From Pseudomonadota bacterium (GTDB lineage: Bacteria; Bdellovibrionota_F; JAHFAK01; JBDREC01), in the NCBI GenBank assembly GCA_043820105.1, contig JBDREC010000090.1, forward strand, positions 124,001 to 188,000: DNA of 64,000 nucleotides, given 5' to 3'. The notes below the pieces were generated by a model. The model made no database searches, was not told where the DNA came from, and worked only from the letters and a program-made list of their open reading frames with translations. A program made the position numbers and the translations under genes. This document shows positions 50,277 through 60,190 of this stretch, in pieces (position 1 is the first letter of the stretch; the number at the start of each line of letters is the position of its first letter).

Positions 50277-51716
50277 ATGCTAAAGCCCATTATCAAAATA
50301 AAATCATTATTAATCCTGATAACAGCTTTTGCTGTATTCTTAGCAGGTTGCAATGAATCACAAAGACAAGGATTTAGGTCAGCAGGACCTGGCTTTAATT
50401 CTGCTAATCAAGCAAAATACGCAAAATTCAAACAGTTTCAATCTCTAAATAGACATAGAAAACAAGCTTATGATGGAAAACTTAATGGACTTAAAGCTCA
50501 GCAAGATATGATGAAAGAAATCATGGAAGCCAAAATGGATGCAGCCAAATCTCAAGCAGATTTAACCAAGAAAGTAGCAATAGGCTCAGCTATAGCAGTT
50601 GGCGGAACAGCCATAGGAGCAGGAATAGCAGCTGCAATTCAAAATAGAAAAGCCAAAAAGCACGCAGCAGCAAATCCTAGATATGATGAAAATTATTATA
50701 AAATGCAAAAAGCCCTATTAGAATCAAAAAAGGAAATTGCAATTGCCCTTATTAATAAAGGTTTAGTTGGTGGTAGAGGAAGCTGTCCAAAAGAAAAACC
50801 AGAACTATGTGGAGAAGCCGCAGATAAAGCCTGCCAAATATGCAAATCATCAGAAGCAAGAATTGATTGTAGGTGTACAAATTATCTTAATCAATTCGAA
50901 TTAAGTGCCTTCGGTGGAAACTTGGCAGGAGTTCAGGCTTGGTGTGATTCAAGGACAAAAAAGCCAGATACTTCAGGCAGAACTCCAGCTCAAGCTCAAC
51001 CAGAAGCTCCAGATGCACAACCTGATTTGCCAACTGCTGAACTAAAATTTGAAGAGCTTGATGCAGTAGAAGAGCCTGAAGCACCAGAGGCTCCAGTTCT
51101 TCAAATTGATCAGTGCATGGCTGATGCCTCAACCAAAGGTTGTGATGCTGTGATTGAGGAGTGTGCGGGTGACTCTTCAAGTACAAAATATGCTTGTAGT
51201 GAAATGTGGTCTAGTTGTAGTTTTGATTCTTCACCTGGTTGTAAAAAACTAGCACAGAGTTATTATCAAGAACTGGAAGCACAGGGGCATTTATTACAAA
51301 AAGAATCTAGGAGTTTGGCAGTTGCTCAAGTTGGTGATAGTAAACTTTATTTTGATAAAGATGGAAATTTAAGAAAAATGCAGCGTTCGAATGGGTATCA
51401 TGAAATGTACAATGCCAATGGAGAGTCTATTGCAACATATTATAATGCTGAATCCGGAAATTTTAGAGGTTTTACAAGTGCAACAATTGAAGTCAATGGT
51501 AGTATATATAATATAAGTGAACATAGTCTTAAAGAGACAAAGTCTAATGGTAATGTTCATATAAGTATAGAACATGAACCATATGATGGTATTTATGACG
51601 AATTAGTTATTTATAATATAGGTGGCAAAATGGTTTCTAGAACAAAAGGATATAGGAGTGAGTCAAATGAGTGGAGACAATGGTTCAATGCGCAAGTTCA
51701 AGCTCAGAATATATAG
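50277..51716 (+). CDS. Hypothetical Cys-rich lipoprotein
   Basis: Lipobox LAG-C; glycine-zipper-like helix (AIGSAIAVGGTAIGAGIAAAI); two Cys clusters around a Pro/Ala/Glu linker. Confidence 0.8.
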   Translation: MLKPIIKIKSLLILITAFAVFLAGCNESQRQGFRSAGPGFNSANQAKYAKFKQFQSLNRHRKQAYDGKLNGLKAQQDMMKEIMEAKMDAAKSQADLTKKVAIGSAIAVGGTAIGAGIAAAIQNRKAKKHAAANPRYDENYYKMQKALLESKKEIAIALINKGLVGGRGSCPKEKPELCGEAADKACQICKSSEARIDCRCTNYLNQFELSAFGGNLAGVQAWCDSRTKKPDTSGRTPAQAQPEAPDAQPDLPTAELKFEELDAVEEPEAPEAPVLQIDQCMADASTKGCDAVIEECAGDSSSTKYACSEMWSSCSFDSSPGCKKLAQSYYQELEAQGHLLQKESRSLAVAQVGDSKLYFDKDGNLRKMQRSNGYHEMYNANGESIATYYNAESGNFRGFTSATIEVNGSIYNISEHSLKETKSNGNVHISIEHEPYDGIYDELVIYNIGGKMVSRTKGYRSESNEWRQWFNAQVQAQNI

Positions 51717-52199
51717 GTAGTAAAAAGTGCCATGCTACTTCCGGTGAGTGTCAAGAAAGTTAAAATGAAAAGTGCCACGTCACTATTAAAATAAGAGAGC
51801 AAAAACTGCTTTACTTCAGAACACCGGTCATGAGGATCAAGCATCTAGGATCAAATTTTCAATAGTCAATAGTCAACTCTCAATTTTGTGTGAAATAGAT
51901 TAGTTTCAATGATCTTGCCAAATTAGCAATAATTAATAATTAATTAATTTTATTTTTTACGAAGTGTAAAAAATCCTTCCAAAGCTTATCAAAACTCAGA
52001 TCTTTACTAAATAATTCTACGGAATTCCAGGCGCTATTTAGTGTGTCAGTTTGGATTTTATTTATTTCATTATAAAGTGACTTTGGTAATATAGTTTTTC
52101 TAGGAACCCATAAAGTGCCAGGCGACAATAATGCAAAAAGGTACATGCACTTTTAGAGGCAAAAAATGCCACGTTACAAGCGGTAGAAAAAACAATCAA

Positions 52200-52530
52200 T
52201 TTTCAATAATCAATGAATACTTTGGTCACCAGTCGCCAGAGCACCAGTTACCAGCAAGATAGAAGATATTTCCAGACTTACCACTTATAGCTTACCACTT
52301 ACCACTTACAGCTTACCACTTACCACTTGTTCCCTTGCGCTCTTGTTCCCTTGTTGTGCCAGCCTACTTCCGTTAACGTTCGGGTTCTCCCACGTTTCGT
52401 TGAAAATAATCAATAATTAATAAATAATAAATAATAATTAATTTTAAGATTGGGGAGCGAGACCAGGTGTTATCTTTGCTAGCAACTAGCAACTAAAAAG
52501 GTCACCAGAGCGCCAGAACACCAGTGCCTA
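52200..52530. repeat. Mosaic of several different 7-8 bp tandem repeats
   Basis: Adjacent tracts of CACCAG-type, ACTTACC, CTTGTTCC, AATAATT and CTAGCAA units. Confidence 0.75.
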
Positions 52531-52713
52531 TGAATATGTTATTGAAAATTATCTGAATAGAATCTGTATTTAAATTTTGATATTGCTAGATATTCAGCAC
52601 CTCACTAACAAGCTTCATTGCCTTGGCCTCAGACAAGTTTTTAAGGGGTTTTCCTTTGCGATATTTGCAAAAGAGCTTTTTAACCTTTCTTCGTTTTCCA
52701 CAGGCGATGCTTC

Positions 52714-52977
52714 TTACATTAATTCTTCTTTGGGTAGTTTTTCTCCTTTTTCTTTTAGGTTTAAGTAGAGCTCGGCGACAGCTCTGTGGATGGCTGAGCC
52801 AAAGACCAGGGACTCAGGCACGAATTCAGGATTAAGTTTTAGTTCATAGTAGAGGTAATATTTCTTTGGGCAGATTAAGAAGGTGTTAAGCATGCTTTTA
52901 GATAGGTGGGGTAGTTCTCTTGCTGAATTAAACGTGTGTTTATCAACAAGGGAGTTTAGATTTTCTAAATTTTTCAT
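52714..52977 (-). pseudogene. Truncated PD-(D/E)XK (RecB/AddB-like) nuclease, N-terminal fragment only
   Basis: HLSKSMLNTFLICPKKYYLYY...LVFGSAIHRAVA is the typical N-terminus; stops after about 87 aa, before the catalytic D and DxK motifs. Confidence 0.7.
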
Positions 52978-52997
52978 AGTGTTTCCTTTCATAAAAT

Positions 52998-53104
52998 TGG
53001 TATTTGGTATTTGGTATAAGGTATTTGGTATACGGAGAATTTAACCATATACCATATGCCAGATACCAGATACCAGATACCAATATGCCCCTTGTGGGCA
53101 TATT
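52998..53104. repeat. Opposed heptamer arrays (TGGTATT)n/(ATACCAG)n plus GC hairpin
   Basis: tggtatttggtatttggtat...ataccagataccagatacc; hairpin AATATGCCC-cttgt-GGGCATATT at 53082-53104. Confidence 0.8.
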
Positions 53105-53712
53105 TAAGCAGCCAGAAGCTCTGATATGAGCTGAGAGGCTTCGAATTTTGACAGTTCATCGATCTTTTTGTTGAACTGTTCTAGGCAATAGTCTTTTAGT
53201 TTTACTTTATGTTCTCTTGCCAGGCTGGTTATATAAGACAGTTGTTTGAAGGATATTTTCAGGTCTCTGGGATTTTCAAAGTCTTTATCTGTATCATAGA
53301 CTTTGATTGAGTCATTATAGTCAGCATCATTTTTAGAAGGTGTTTCATAAAGATGGAGGGCAACCCCAAACAAGGTTGCACACTTTTTTAAGGAATCCGT
53401 TGCAGCTGCTTTTAGATCATCACCAATGGAGATGGCTTCTTTGGTTTCACGTTTTCTGGTGATATTGCTTGAGCCAAACTGTTGTTTTAGTTCTTTGCCT
53501 GCTTTTAAAAGACCCAGAACAATGACCTCTTCATTTAGAATGTCATGGCTTTGGACTTTGAAGCTCCAGCCATATTCAAAGGCATCGTTGAGTCTTTTAA
53601 TGATTTCTGAAGCTTCTACATAGCAGATGGTTTCACCAAAGTTACCTGTTTTGGATCGGATTTTTACCTTATCAAATGGTTTTGAAAGGATTGTTGTGAT
53701 TTCTGTATTCAT
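53104..53712 (-). CDS. Rad52/Rad22 (Sak-like) single-strand annealing protein
   Basis: YVEASEIIKRLNDAF..GWSF...GDDLKAAATDSLKKCATLFGVALHLY; small C-terminal helical domain (KQLSYI..LSKFEASQLISEL); GGAGG RBS. Confidence 0.85.
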   Translation of the reverse strand: MNTEITTILSKPFDKVKIRSKTGNFGETICYVEASEIIKRLNDAFEYGWSFKVQSHDILNEEVIVLGLLKAGKELKQQFGSSNITRKRETKEAISIGDDLKAAATDSLKKCATLFGVALHLYETPSKNDADYNDSIKVYDTDKDFENPRDLKISFKQLSYITSLAREHKVKLKDYCLEQFNKKIDELSKFEASQLISELLAA

Positions 53713-54131
53713 GATTAACCTCCATGAATTAAAATTAATAAAATTTAGGGCTTTAGCCTTTATTCATGAGGATGTTCTGGAAATTAAATATCAAGGAGGT
53801 GGGAATTAATGATATTGTTTCTTTATTTATAATAATTATTAAAGATTATGGATGAAAAATATTTGTATTTAATTTAGATATATTCTGAGCCAGAATATTA
53901 AATATTTATTTTACTTTAGTTTATGTTATCTTGTTATCAAGATAACATACAATGTGAAAAATATAGCTAACTTTTGAAATTACATGAAATTATCAATATT
54001 AGTAATTATGCAAATAATATCCGATTGTTAGTTGATAGCTGTCTAATGTCAAGGCCTGACCCCAAATCACTGCAGAGGTGCAACTTGTTGAGGGATAGCC
54101 GATGAGGTGGCGATGTTATTCGTCATAATAA

Positions 54132-54167
54132 AAAGGGAGAGGTGCATAAAGCCTCTCCCTTTGTTTT
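54132..54167. terminator. Terminator-like hairpin with no adjacent annotated gene end
   Basis: AAAGGGAGAGG-tgcataaag-CCTCTCCCTTT followed by GTTTT. Confidence 0.65.
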
Positions 54168-54409
54168 AAATTAAAAATATCGCTTCCTCCAATGCCTTAA
54201 AAAACCTTTACTACAGTCCACTTCCCTTATCGTTTAGTTTAAGTTGTAAATAATTTTATTGGTTCAATAAAATGTAATATCTATTGTTCAGAATAATGTG
54301 TAAGGGGACAGTATGGTGATCTTGTAAAATCCCTTTTCTTGTAATTATAAAAAACACCCAAAACCATCTAACACATTAAAATTAAACTAATATATTTTAT
54401 CATTTTTTC

Positions 54410-54425
54410 TGGCACTTTCCTTGCA
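54410..54425 (+). promoter_or_regulatory. Sigma-54 promoter (consensus)
   Basis: TGGCAC-TTTCC-TTGCA upstream of ATG 54480. Confidence 0.82.
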
Positions 54426-54479
54426 AAATAAATTCTTGAACATATGGCGTTTTTATAACTTTCAATGGAGGAAGAAAAT

Positions 54480-56474
54480 ATGTGGTTAAATTATTTGAAA
54501 AAGTATAAGTTCTCAAGTGTTATTATTTTTCCAGTTCTATTATCTTTATTTTTGTTTTCGTGTACAACAACAAATAGTAAGGATTCGGAAATTAATGCAA
54601 ATGTTTTAGAAATTCTAAATAATAATCCTGTACTTTTAAGAATGCATGCTAAACTTTCAATGGATTCAGGTTCTGACCCAAGTATTTTAGATGGTTCTGT
54701 TGTTGTTTCAATTACAGATTCAGCTCAAACTCAAGAAGTGAGTTTAAGTCATGCAGGAAGTGGCTTGTTTGAAGCTGATGCAGTTTCAGTTTTAAGAGGT
54801 GATATTAGTGCTACTTTAACAATTGATGCCTCTGGCTCCTTTGGTGGACCTTATTCAACAACAGAAAATATTACTATCGCAGCTGATGAAGATGAAGGCA
54901 CAATTAGTTTTAATCTTTTAATAGGTACAGAAGGCGATACTTGTGCAGATCGCATTGTAGCTGAGATTATGACTTCTTATGCTGACGCTGGAGCTAATCA
55001 GAAAAAAGTTTCGATTCTTGTAAGAGATGTAACAAGTGGAACATATTTAAATCCAGCTAATTACAATATAAGTTTAACTCATGCTGTCGGATCAGGTAGT
55101 GCAAGTGAAGTTTCTGAAACTATCGATGGAACCTATATTGAACATACCTTTGAACTTACAGAAGATGGTCTTACAAGTTATATTCATAATGTATCAATGG
55201 AAAATGCTTGTTCATCAGTTAGCTTTTCTGTAAGCGAAGAATTTTCAAAGTCAGCAACAGTAGTTGTTGATGGTCAAATTACAGTTTTTTCGATTGATAC
55301 TAACATTACAAGTGTAAAAGATTCGGGTGATACTGTAACTGTAACAGTTGAAATTATTGCCAGTGATTCTAATGGCGATGAAATATCAGTTTTAGATGAC
55401 AGTGGTTTGCCAAGATTTGATTATACTTTAACTCATAATCAAAGTGAATCAGTAGTTGTCATTGATGGTGAACAATATGTATTTGAAGATCGACTCTTAG
55501 ATGGAATAGATTATAGTGGTGAAACACAAGATGTAAATGTTTTTGAAATTGCCTTTGATGTTGCCTATGATGTTGAGTCAATAACTTTAGCACTAGAAAC
55601 AAGCGCAACTCCGGCTGGTTCTTCAAGCTCTTTAGCAGCAACAGATTCAGAAAATCATTCAATGGTTTTTGAAACAACTTCTTTCGTTACAATGAGTATT
55701 GCTTTTACAGATTCTGCTTCAGAAGCTATCTCAGATGGCGAAACAATTAGCCTATATCTAAATAATAGCCTTCATGCTTCTTGTACAGTGAGTTCTGCTA
55801 TCTGTGAAATTACAGCTAATTTAAGTGATGTAAATAACTGTATAGATGATACAAGCTGCAGCAAAGAATTTGTTTATGTTTATGAATCCGGTGATTATAC
55901 AACTAGCCTTAGAACAGTTCTGCAGAATAATACAACTGTAACAGGCTTAAATGATCATGATGATGCAGACCATGTTATTGCTTATTTAGAGAGTGTAGCT
56001 GATTCAACAGTTTCAGGACTTGAAGCAGAATTTACAAGTTTAATCTTTAACCCATATATAAATTTCAGAATTACTTTTGAATCAGAAGGTACAGCAGGAT
56101 TTTTTTCCTCACTAACAACTGGTGCAAGAATTTACTTAATTGCTAGAAAGTATAATACCTCAACCAGAACCTTTGATGAAATATCGATAGAGACAATTCG
56201 TGTTGGAAGTAGTGGAGTTTTGCAGTGGCAAGTTGATATTGATGATTTTATCGATTCAATAACCACTCCTATTAATAATGGTTGGTCTATCTATTTTAAG
56301 TATAGTTGGACATCATCTGGAACTTTTACTGATTATATTTCTGTTGATGATATGTTTTTTGATAATTCAATTATTACAGCAGGACAATCTCTTTTAGATG
56401 CAGAGACCTATATGTTAGCTAATGGTCAGAATTCAACAGATATTAGTCTTGGTACTTATCAGTTTAGCAAATAA
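54480..56474 (+). CDS. Hypothetical acidic Ser/Thr-rich surface lipoprotein, probably beta-sandwich repeats
   Basis: Lipobox LFS-C; S/T/D/E-rich with alternating beta-strand patterns; GGAGG RBS before ATG 54480. Confidence 0.8.
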   Translation: MWLNYLKKYKFSSVIIFPVLLSLFLFSCTTTNSKDSEINANVLEILNNNPVLLRMHAKLSMDSGSDPSILDGSVVVSITDSAQTQEVSLSHAGSGLFEADAVSVLRGDISATLTIDASGSFGGPYSTTENITIAADEDEGTISFNLLIGTEGDTCADRIVAEIMTSYADAGANQKKVSILVRDVTSGTYLNPANYNISLTHAVGSGSASEVSETIDGTYIEHTFELTEDGLTSYIHNVSMENACSSVSFSVSEEFSKSATVVVDGQITVFSIDTNITSVKDSGDTVTVTVEIIASDSNGDEISVLDDSGLPRFDYTLTHNQSESVVVIDGEQYVFEDRLLDGIDYSGETQDVNVFEIAFDVAYDVESITLALETSATPAGSSSSLAATDSENHSMVFETTSFVTMSIAFTDSASEAISDGETISLYLNNSLHASCTVSSAICEITANLSDVNNCIDDTSCSKEFVYVYESGDYTTSLRTVLQNNTTVTGLNDHDDADHVIAYLESVADSTVSGLEAEFTSLIFNPYINFRITFESEGTAGFFSSLTTGARIYLIARKYNTSTRTFDEISIETIRVGSSGVLQWQVDIDDFIDSITTPINNGWSIYFKYSWTSSGTFTDYISVDDMFFDNSIITAGQSLLDAETYMLANGQNSTDISLGTYQFSK

Positions 56475-56491
56475 GAAAATAATAAAAAAAC

Positions 56492-56529
56492 AGAGGAACT
56501 GTCCTTATGGAAATAAGGATAGTTTCTTT
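56492..56529. terminator. Bidirectional terminator between convergent genes
   Basis: AGAGGAACTGTCCTTAT-ggaa-ATAAGGATAGTTTCTTT flanked by A and T runs. Confidence 0.7.
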
Positions 56530-59500
56530 TAAGATCTTCTTAAATCTGCATTTCCACGATCATTTTCAGCCAGCATCATCATTGTATTAAACCCATAATA
56601 TTGAGCGAGCCTATTGTCATGGTTAAGTTGAAATAAATGCTTCATTTCAAGTAGCATTGGAATGTCTTCTTTAAATGTTGTATTATAAAAATCTCTAAGG
56701 TTTTCATAGCTCAAAGTACTTAATGCTTTAAAAGTATTTCGTTGATTAAAAAGCGCATATTCTTCCCAATCAAGTTCATAGCCATATTCTTCCTTTAACT
56801 TGCCGAGTACAGTGATTGCTAGGTTAAATGTGTTAGAGCCAAAATTTCCATCTATTTTATAAGAATCTGGAACAATTAAATTTTCATTAAGTGCTATTTT
56901 TAATAAAGCATATTGTATGGCCATACCAACTGGAATTGATTCACCTGCATTATGAGCATCAGAAACTGCAAGAAAAACTGCATCTTCAGAAACATGAAAG
57001 CCATGAGTTTGAGCAAGGCCATTATATCTGGCCTTATTAGTGTCTCTCATTTGCAAAGCAATATTAGCTGCAAATTTTGGATTTTGAAGCAGTACAAGCG
57101 CTTTTTGTCTGTCTATATTATATCTTCTCATGGTAAAGTTAATTGAAACCTCAAAAGCTCCTGTTGAAGACGCCTCTAAAGATCTTCCCATTAGCATTTG
57201 TGAAGCAAGGTTTGCCAGGTCAAAGGCTTCTTCTGCTAATTTCTCTGCCAGTTGTGGATTTATATCTTTATGACTTGCATAGGTAAAAGCAAGCATTTTT
57301 ATTGTATCTTGCGCCCTGCTATCAAAATCATTAATTCTTTGTTCAATTGTGTCTGAAGTATTATCAAGAAAGTCTGCTGCTCTTTCAAATAAGGCTGCAC
57401 CTAATCTTTGCACTGCTTTGTCTGATTGGGCCAGTTTGTCTGACCTTGCTTGCATTCTTTCTGAAGCATTATCCAATCTATCAGTTGCAGCACTTGATGC
57501 TTTTTGAATTGTAGGAGAAACAATTTCCTCATTAATTCTTGGAGCCTCCGCAATTGGGTCACGTGCGAATTCATATGCCTCAACTGAAACTTCGGCTATT
57601 GCCCTTGTAGATCTTGATACTACTTCTTTCTTTTTATCCTTATTATTTAGACCTGAGTTTTCAAGTAGGTCTTCTGCTGCATCTACTACTGTTTCAACAA
57701 GCATTTGCTCTCCAACTTCTCTATCCTCTCTTGATTCTGATCTTAAGGCAATTTCTGAGCCTGTAGCAAGTTCCTGCGCTCTTTCTCTTGATAAAACCTT
57801 ATCTTTTGTGTCTGCATTTCCACCAAATTCCCTTGCTCGTATTGCTTCTAAATACTCTACGTCTTCAGGGTCTCCGCCTGTAGAAACTTCAATTGCTTCA
57901 ACAATTTCAGAATCTATTGTACCACTAAAGGTTTCCTCATTTCTTCTTATAAGAACCTCTCTGTATGCATATGTTCTTTCTTCTCGCCATGGTTGCTCTA
58001 TTGCTGCCTGACAGACCTTTTCAATTTGGCTTCTTTGGGCTACGAATATGGTACCTTGTAATGATCTTTCAGAACCCCATCTTGCTATTCTTAAGTCTAG
58101 GCCTTGATCGATTTCATCAAGGGTAGCTGCGATTCTTCTTAATTGAATGTAAGTCCACTCCGTTTCTGATGGTGGCGGACAAATTTCATTTACAAATTCT
58201 GTTTGAGAATAATTTTTTTGTACATCAAGAACTAGCCATTTATTTTCATCATACATCATTTGAAAGGCAATTAATTGATGTTCTTTGATTCCACCAGTTA
58301 ATTCAATATATTCTATGAATTCATTTATATCTCTAAGCTTAGGCAGCCTTTGTTTTTCTCCACCAATTAAATTATTAGGATTAATCCCTGCATAAAAACA
58401 AGCAAGTTCAAGGTAGGCCCAGTCTTCATAAACATCTTTATTTCTATATCGTTCGCTGTATTCTGCTTTATAAGCATCAATTGCATTATCATGATCACCA
58501 ATATAGAAGAAGCCTGTTATATGTTCTGGAATATTACTTTGAACATTGCCTGATATTATATGACCTGCTTGATTTTTAACATTATCGTGATTCAAATAAA
58601 AAACATCACTTGGTGCAAAAATCTTACTTGCTAGCATTAATGAAAGAGGGGTTTTTCTTTCAGCATTTGTAATTTCATGAGTAATAAAAACATCAGAAAA
58701 TCTAATTTCTTCATTTTGTCTAACGCGATCAGTTACCTTAATTGCTTCCCATGTACCATTTACAAGCCTTTGAGGCCTTGTTTTTTCTAACAGGGAATTG
58801 ATCATCCCGGATGTTGAAGCTATGAAATTAAGTTCTCCAGGAACAGAATATTTTTCAGCGAATAAAGTTTTAAAGCTAGCTGTTTTGTTTGCTATAAACT
58901 TAATTGTATGTAATCCCCTGTTAATTGCTATGTGACTTGCAGATGATGTGAAATTTTTTGTCTCATCTGATTCATATGAATGAGGAATATTTGCTTTTGA
59001 TCCATGATATCTTGTTTTTGTATAGCGGAATAAAAAGCCAAGAGTTCCAAATTTTGCTTCATCTTTACTAGCTGCATCCCAGAAATATTCAAAGGATTTT
59101 ATATCTCTAGCGCTTGGATGGGTAAAGATACTATCACTTATATTTGGAATATATTGTTGATTTCTTACATTAGCAGCCCAATCTGTTTCATATATATGTT
59201 TCAGAAAATAATCGCTGGCTTGCCTTGCAAGGTACCATGCATGACCATAGGGGAAATTTCTTTCAAATAAAGCCGAGAGTGTTCCTATTACATGTTTCGC
59301 GCATTGTGCTCCTTCAATGTAACCATCTTGATTTCCAGAAATAACTGCAATAACATCATCTGTCCTTGATCCAATAATTAGCTCCTGGACTGTTGGTGAT
59401 AAGCCTGATCTAAGTTCACCTAAACTAAAATCACCCTCAAGTGGTCTGACTATATCTTCTGGAAAGCTATAATCTTCAATAATAATTTCTGAAGCAATGC

Positions 59501-59861
59501 TTGTAAGTGCATCACTTGATACTTTTAGTAAGTTTATATCATTTAGTCTTTGTAAAACGCCTTGCTTTTCTTGGGGATTATGGCAAGTGATTGAAACCTC
59601 AGATTCAGCAAGTAACCACCTAAATGTTTTTCCATTTCTAACAAATTCTTGTTCTGGTGCTCTGATTTGAAAAGAATCAAGTCCTAAATATTCAGCGAGC
59701 CTTGTTTTATAACCACAAGTTTCTTGTAAAAATGGATTTTCTTGAATGGTTTCAAAGGTAGGCAGATTAAAAGTGATCTCTAAATCAGAATCATTTGCAT
59801 ATGCATATGAAAAAGTAAAAAGTATGGAAAATGCTAAAACTAGCAAAATTAAATGTTTCAT
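56529..59861 (-). CDS. Large secreted hypothetical protein; C-terminal region lysozyme/transglycosylase-like (DUF1615/YaiW-like)
   Basis: Signal peptide (AYA); AIRAREFG, STGAFEVSINF, DAHNAG, AIQYAL, IDGNFGSNT. Confidence 0.7.
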   Translation of the reverse strand: MKHLILLVLAFSILFTFSYAYANDSDLEITFNLPTFETIQENPFLQETCGYKTRLAEYLGLDSFQIRAPEQEFVRNGKTFRWLLAESEVSITCHNPQEKQGVLQRLNDINLLKVSSDALTSIASEIIIEDYSFPEDIVRPLEGDFSLGELRSGLSPTVQELIIGSRTDDVIAVISGNQDGYIEGAQCAKHVIGTLSALFERNFPYGHAWYLARQASDYFLKHIYETDWAANVRNQQYIPNISDSIFTHPSARDIKSFEYFWDAASKDEAKFGTLGFLFRYTKTRYHGSKANIPHSYESDETKNFTSSASHIAINRGLHTIKFIANKTASFKTLFAEKYSVPGELNFIASTSGMINSLLEKTRPQRLVNGTWEAIKVTDRVRQNEEIRFSDVFITHEITNAERKTPLSLMLASKIFAPSDVFYLNHDNVKNQAGHIISGNVQSNIPEHITGFFYIGDHDNAIDAYKAEYSERYRNKDVYEDWAYLELACFYAGINPNNLIGGEKQRLPKLRDINEFIEYIELTGGIKEHQLIAFQMMYDENKWLVLDVQKNYSQTEFVNEICPPPSETEWTYIQLRRIAATLDEIDQGLDLRIARWGSERSLQGTIFVAQRSQIEKVCQAAIEQPWREERTYAYREVLIRRNEETFSGTIDSEIVEAIEVSTGGDPEDVEYLEAIRAREFGGNADTKDKVLSRERAQELATGSEIALRSESREDREVGEQMLVETVVDAAEDLLENSGLNNKDKKKEVVSRSTRAIAEVSVEAYEFARDPIAEAPRINEEIVSPTIQKASSAATDRLDNASERMQARSDKLAQSDKAVQRLGAALFERAADFLDNTSDTIEQRINDFDSRAQDTIKMLAFTYASHKDINPQLAEKLAEEAFDLANLASQMLMGRSLEASSTGAFEVSINFTMRRYNIDRQKALVLLQNPKFAANIALQMRDTNKARYNGLAQTHGFHVSEDAVFLAVSDAHNAGESIPVGMAIQYALLKIALNENLIVPDSYKIDGNFGSNTFNLAITVLGKLKEEYGYELDWEEYALFNQRNTFKALSTLSYENLRDFYNTTFKEDIPMLLEMKHLFQLNHDNRLAQYYGFNTMMMLAENDRGNADLRRS

Positions 59862-59899
59862 AATATTTTCACCCTAATAAATTATGTAATCAAATATAT

Positions 59900-59915
59900 T
59901 GCAAGAAATGTGCCA
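59900..59915 (-). promoter_or_regulatory. Sigma-54 promoter (consensus)
   Basis: Minus strand TGGCAC-ATTTC-TTGCA, 38 bp upstream of ATG 59861. Confidence 0.82.
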
Positions 59916-60190
59916 ATGTCATTTGAAAAAAAGCAATAAAATAGGGTGCTTATGTGAAATAGGGAATAGTGAAATAAAAGTTTCTGGGTTTTCTATGTCC
60001 CAATTTGCATTTCAGGGTCTTATTTTAAGAGTAAAATTAAAATAAAATCTTCAAAAAAAATTAAATGTTATCCAGATCACATTAATAATATAATTATTAG
60101 TGTATAATAATAGATGACACATGATATATGTTTTGACCTATATGCTAATATGTGAGATAATAGCATTTATAAGTTAGAGAGGGGGAAGGG

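Noticed and set aside
51940-52146. 68-aa minus-strand ORF
   Set aside because: No RBS or recognisable motif; may be a gene remnant but cannot be supported.
51717-52530. CRISPR array
   Set aside because: Repeats are 7-10 bp, irregularly spaced, with no constant repeat-spacer period and no cas genes.
52714-52992. Cas4 gene
   Set aside because: Fragment only, no cas context; neighbouring Rad52-like gene favours a phage-type exonuclease.
54070-54165. Lysine or preQ1 riboswitch (AGAGGTGC start)
   Set aside because: Too short and lacking the other conserved elements; no relevant downstream gene.
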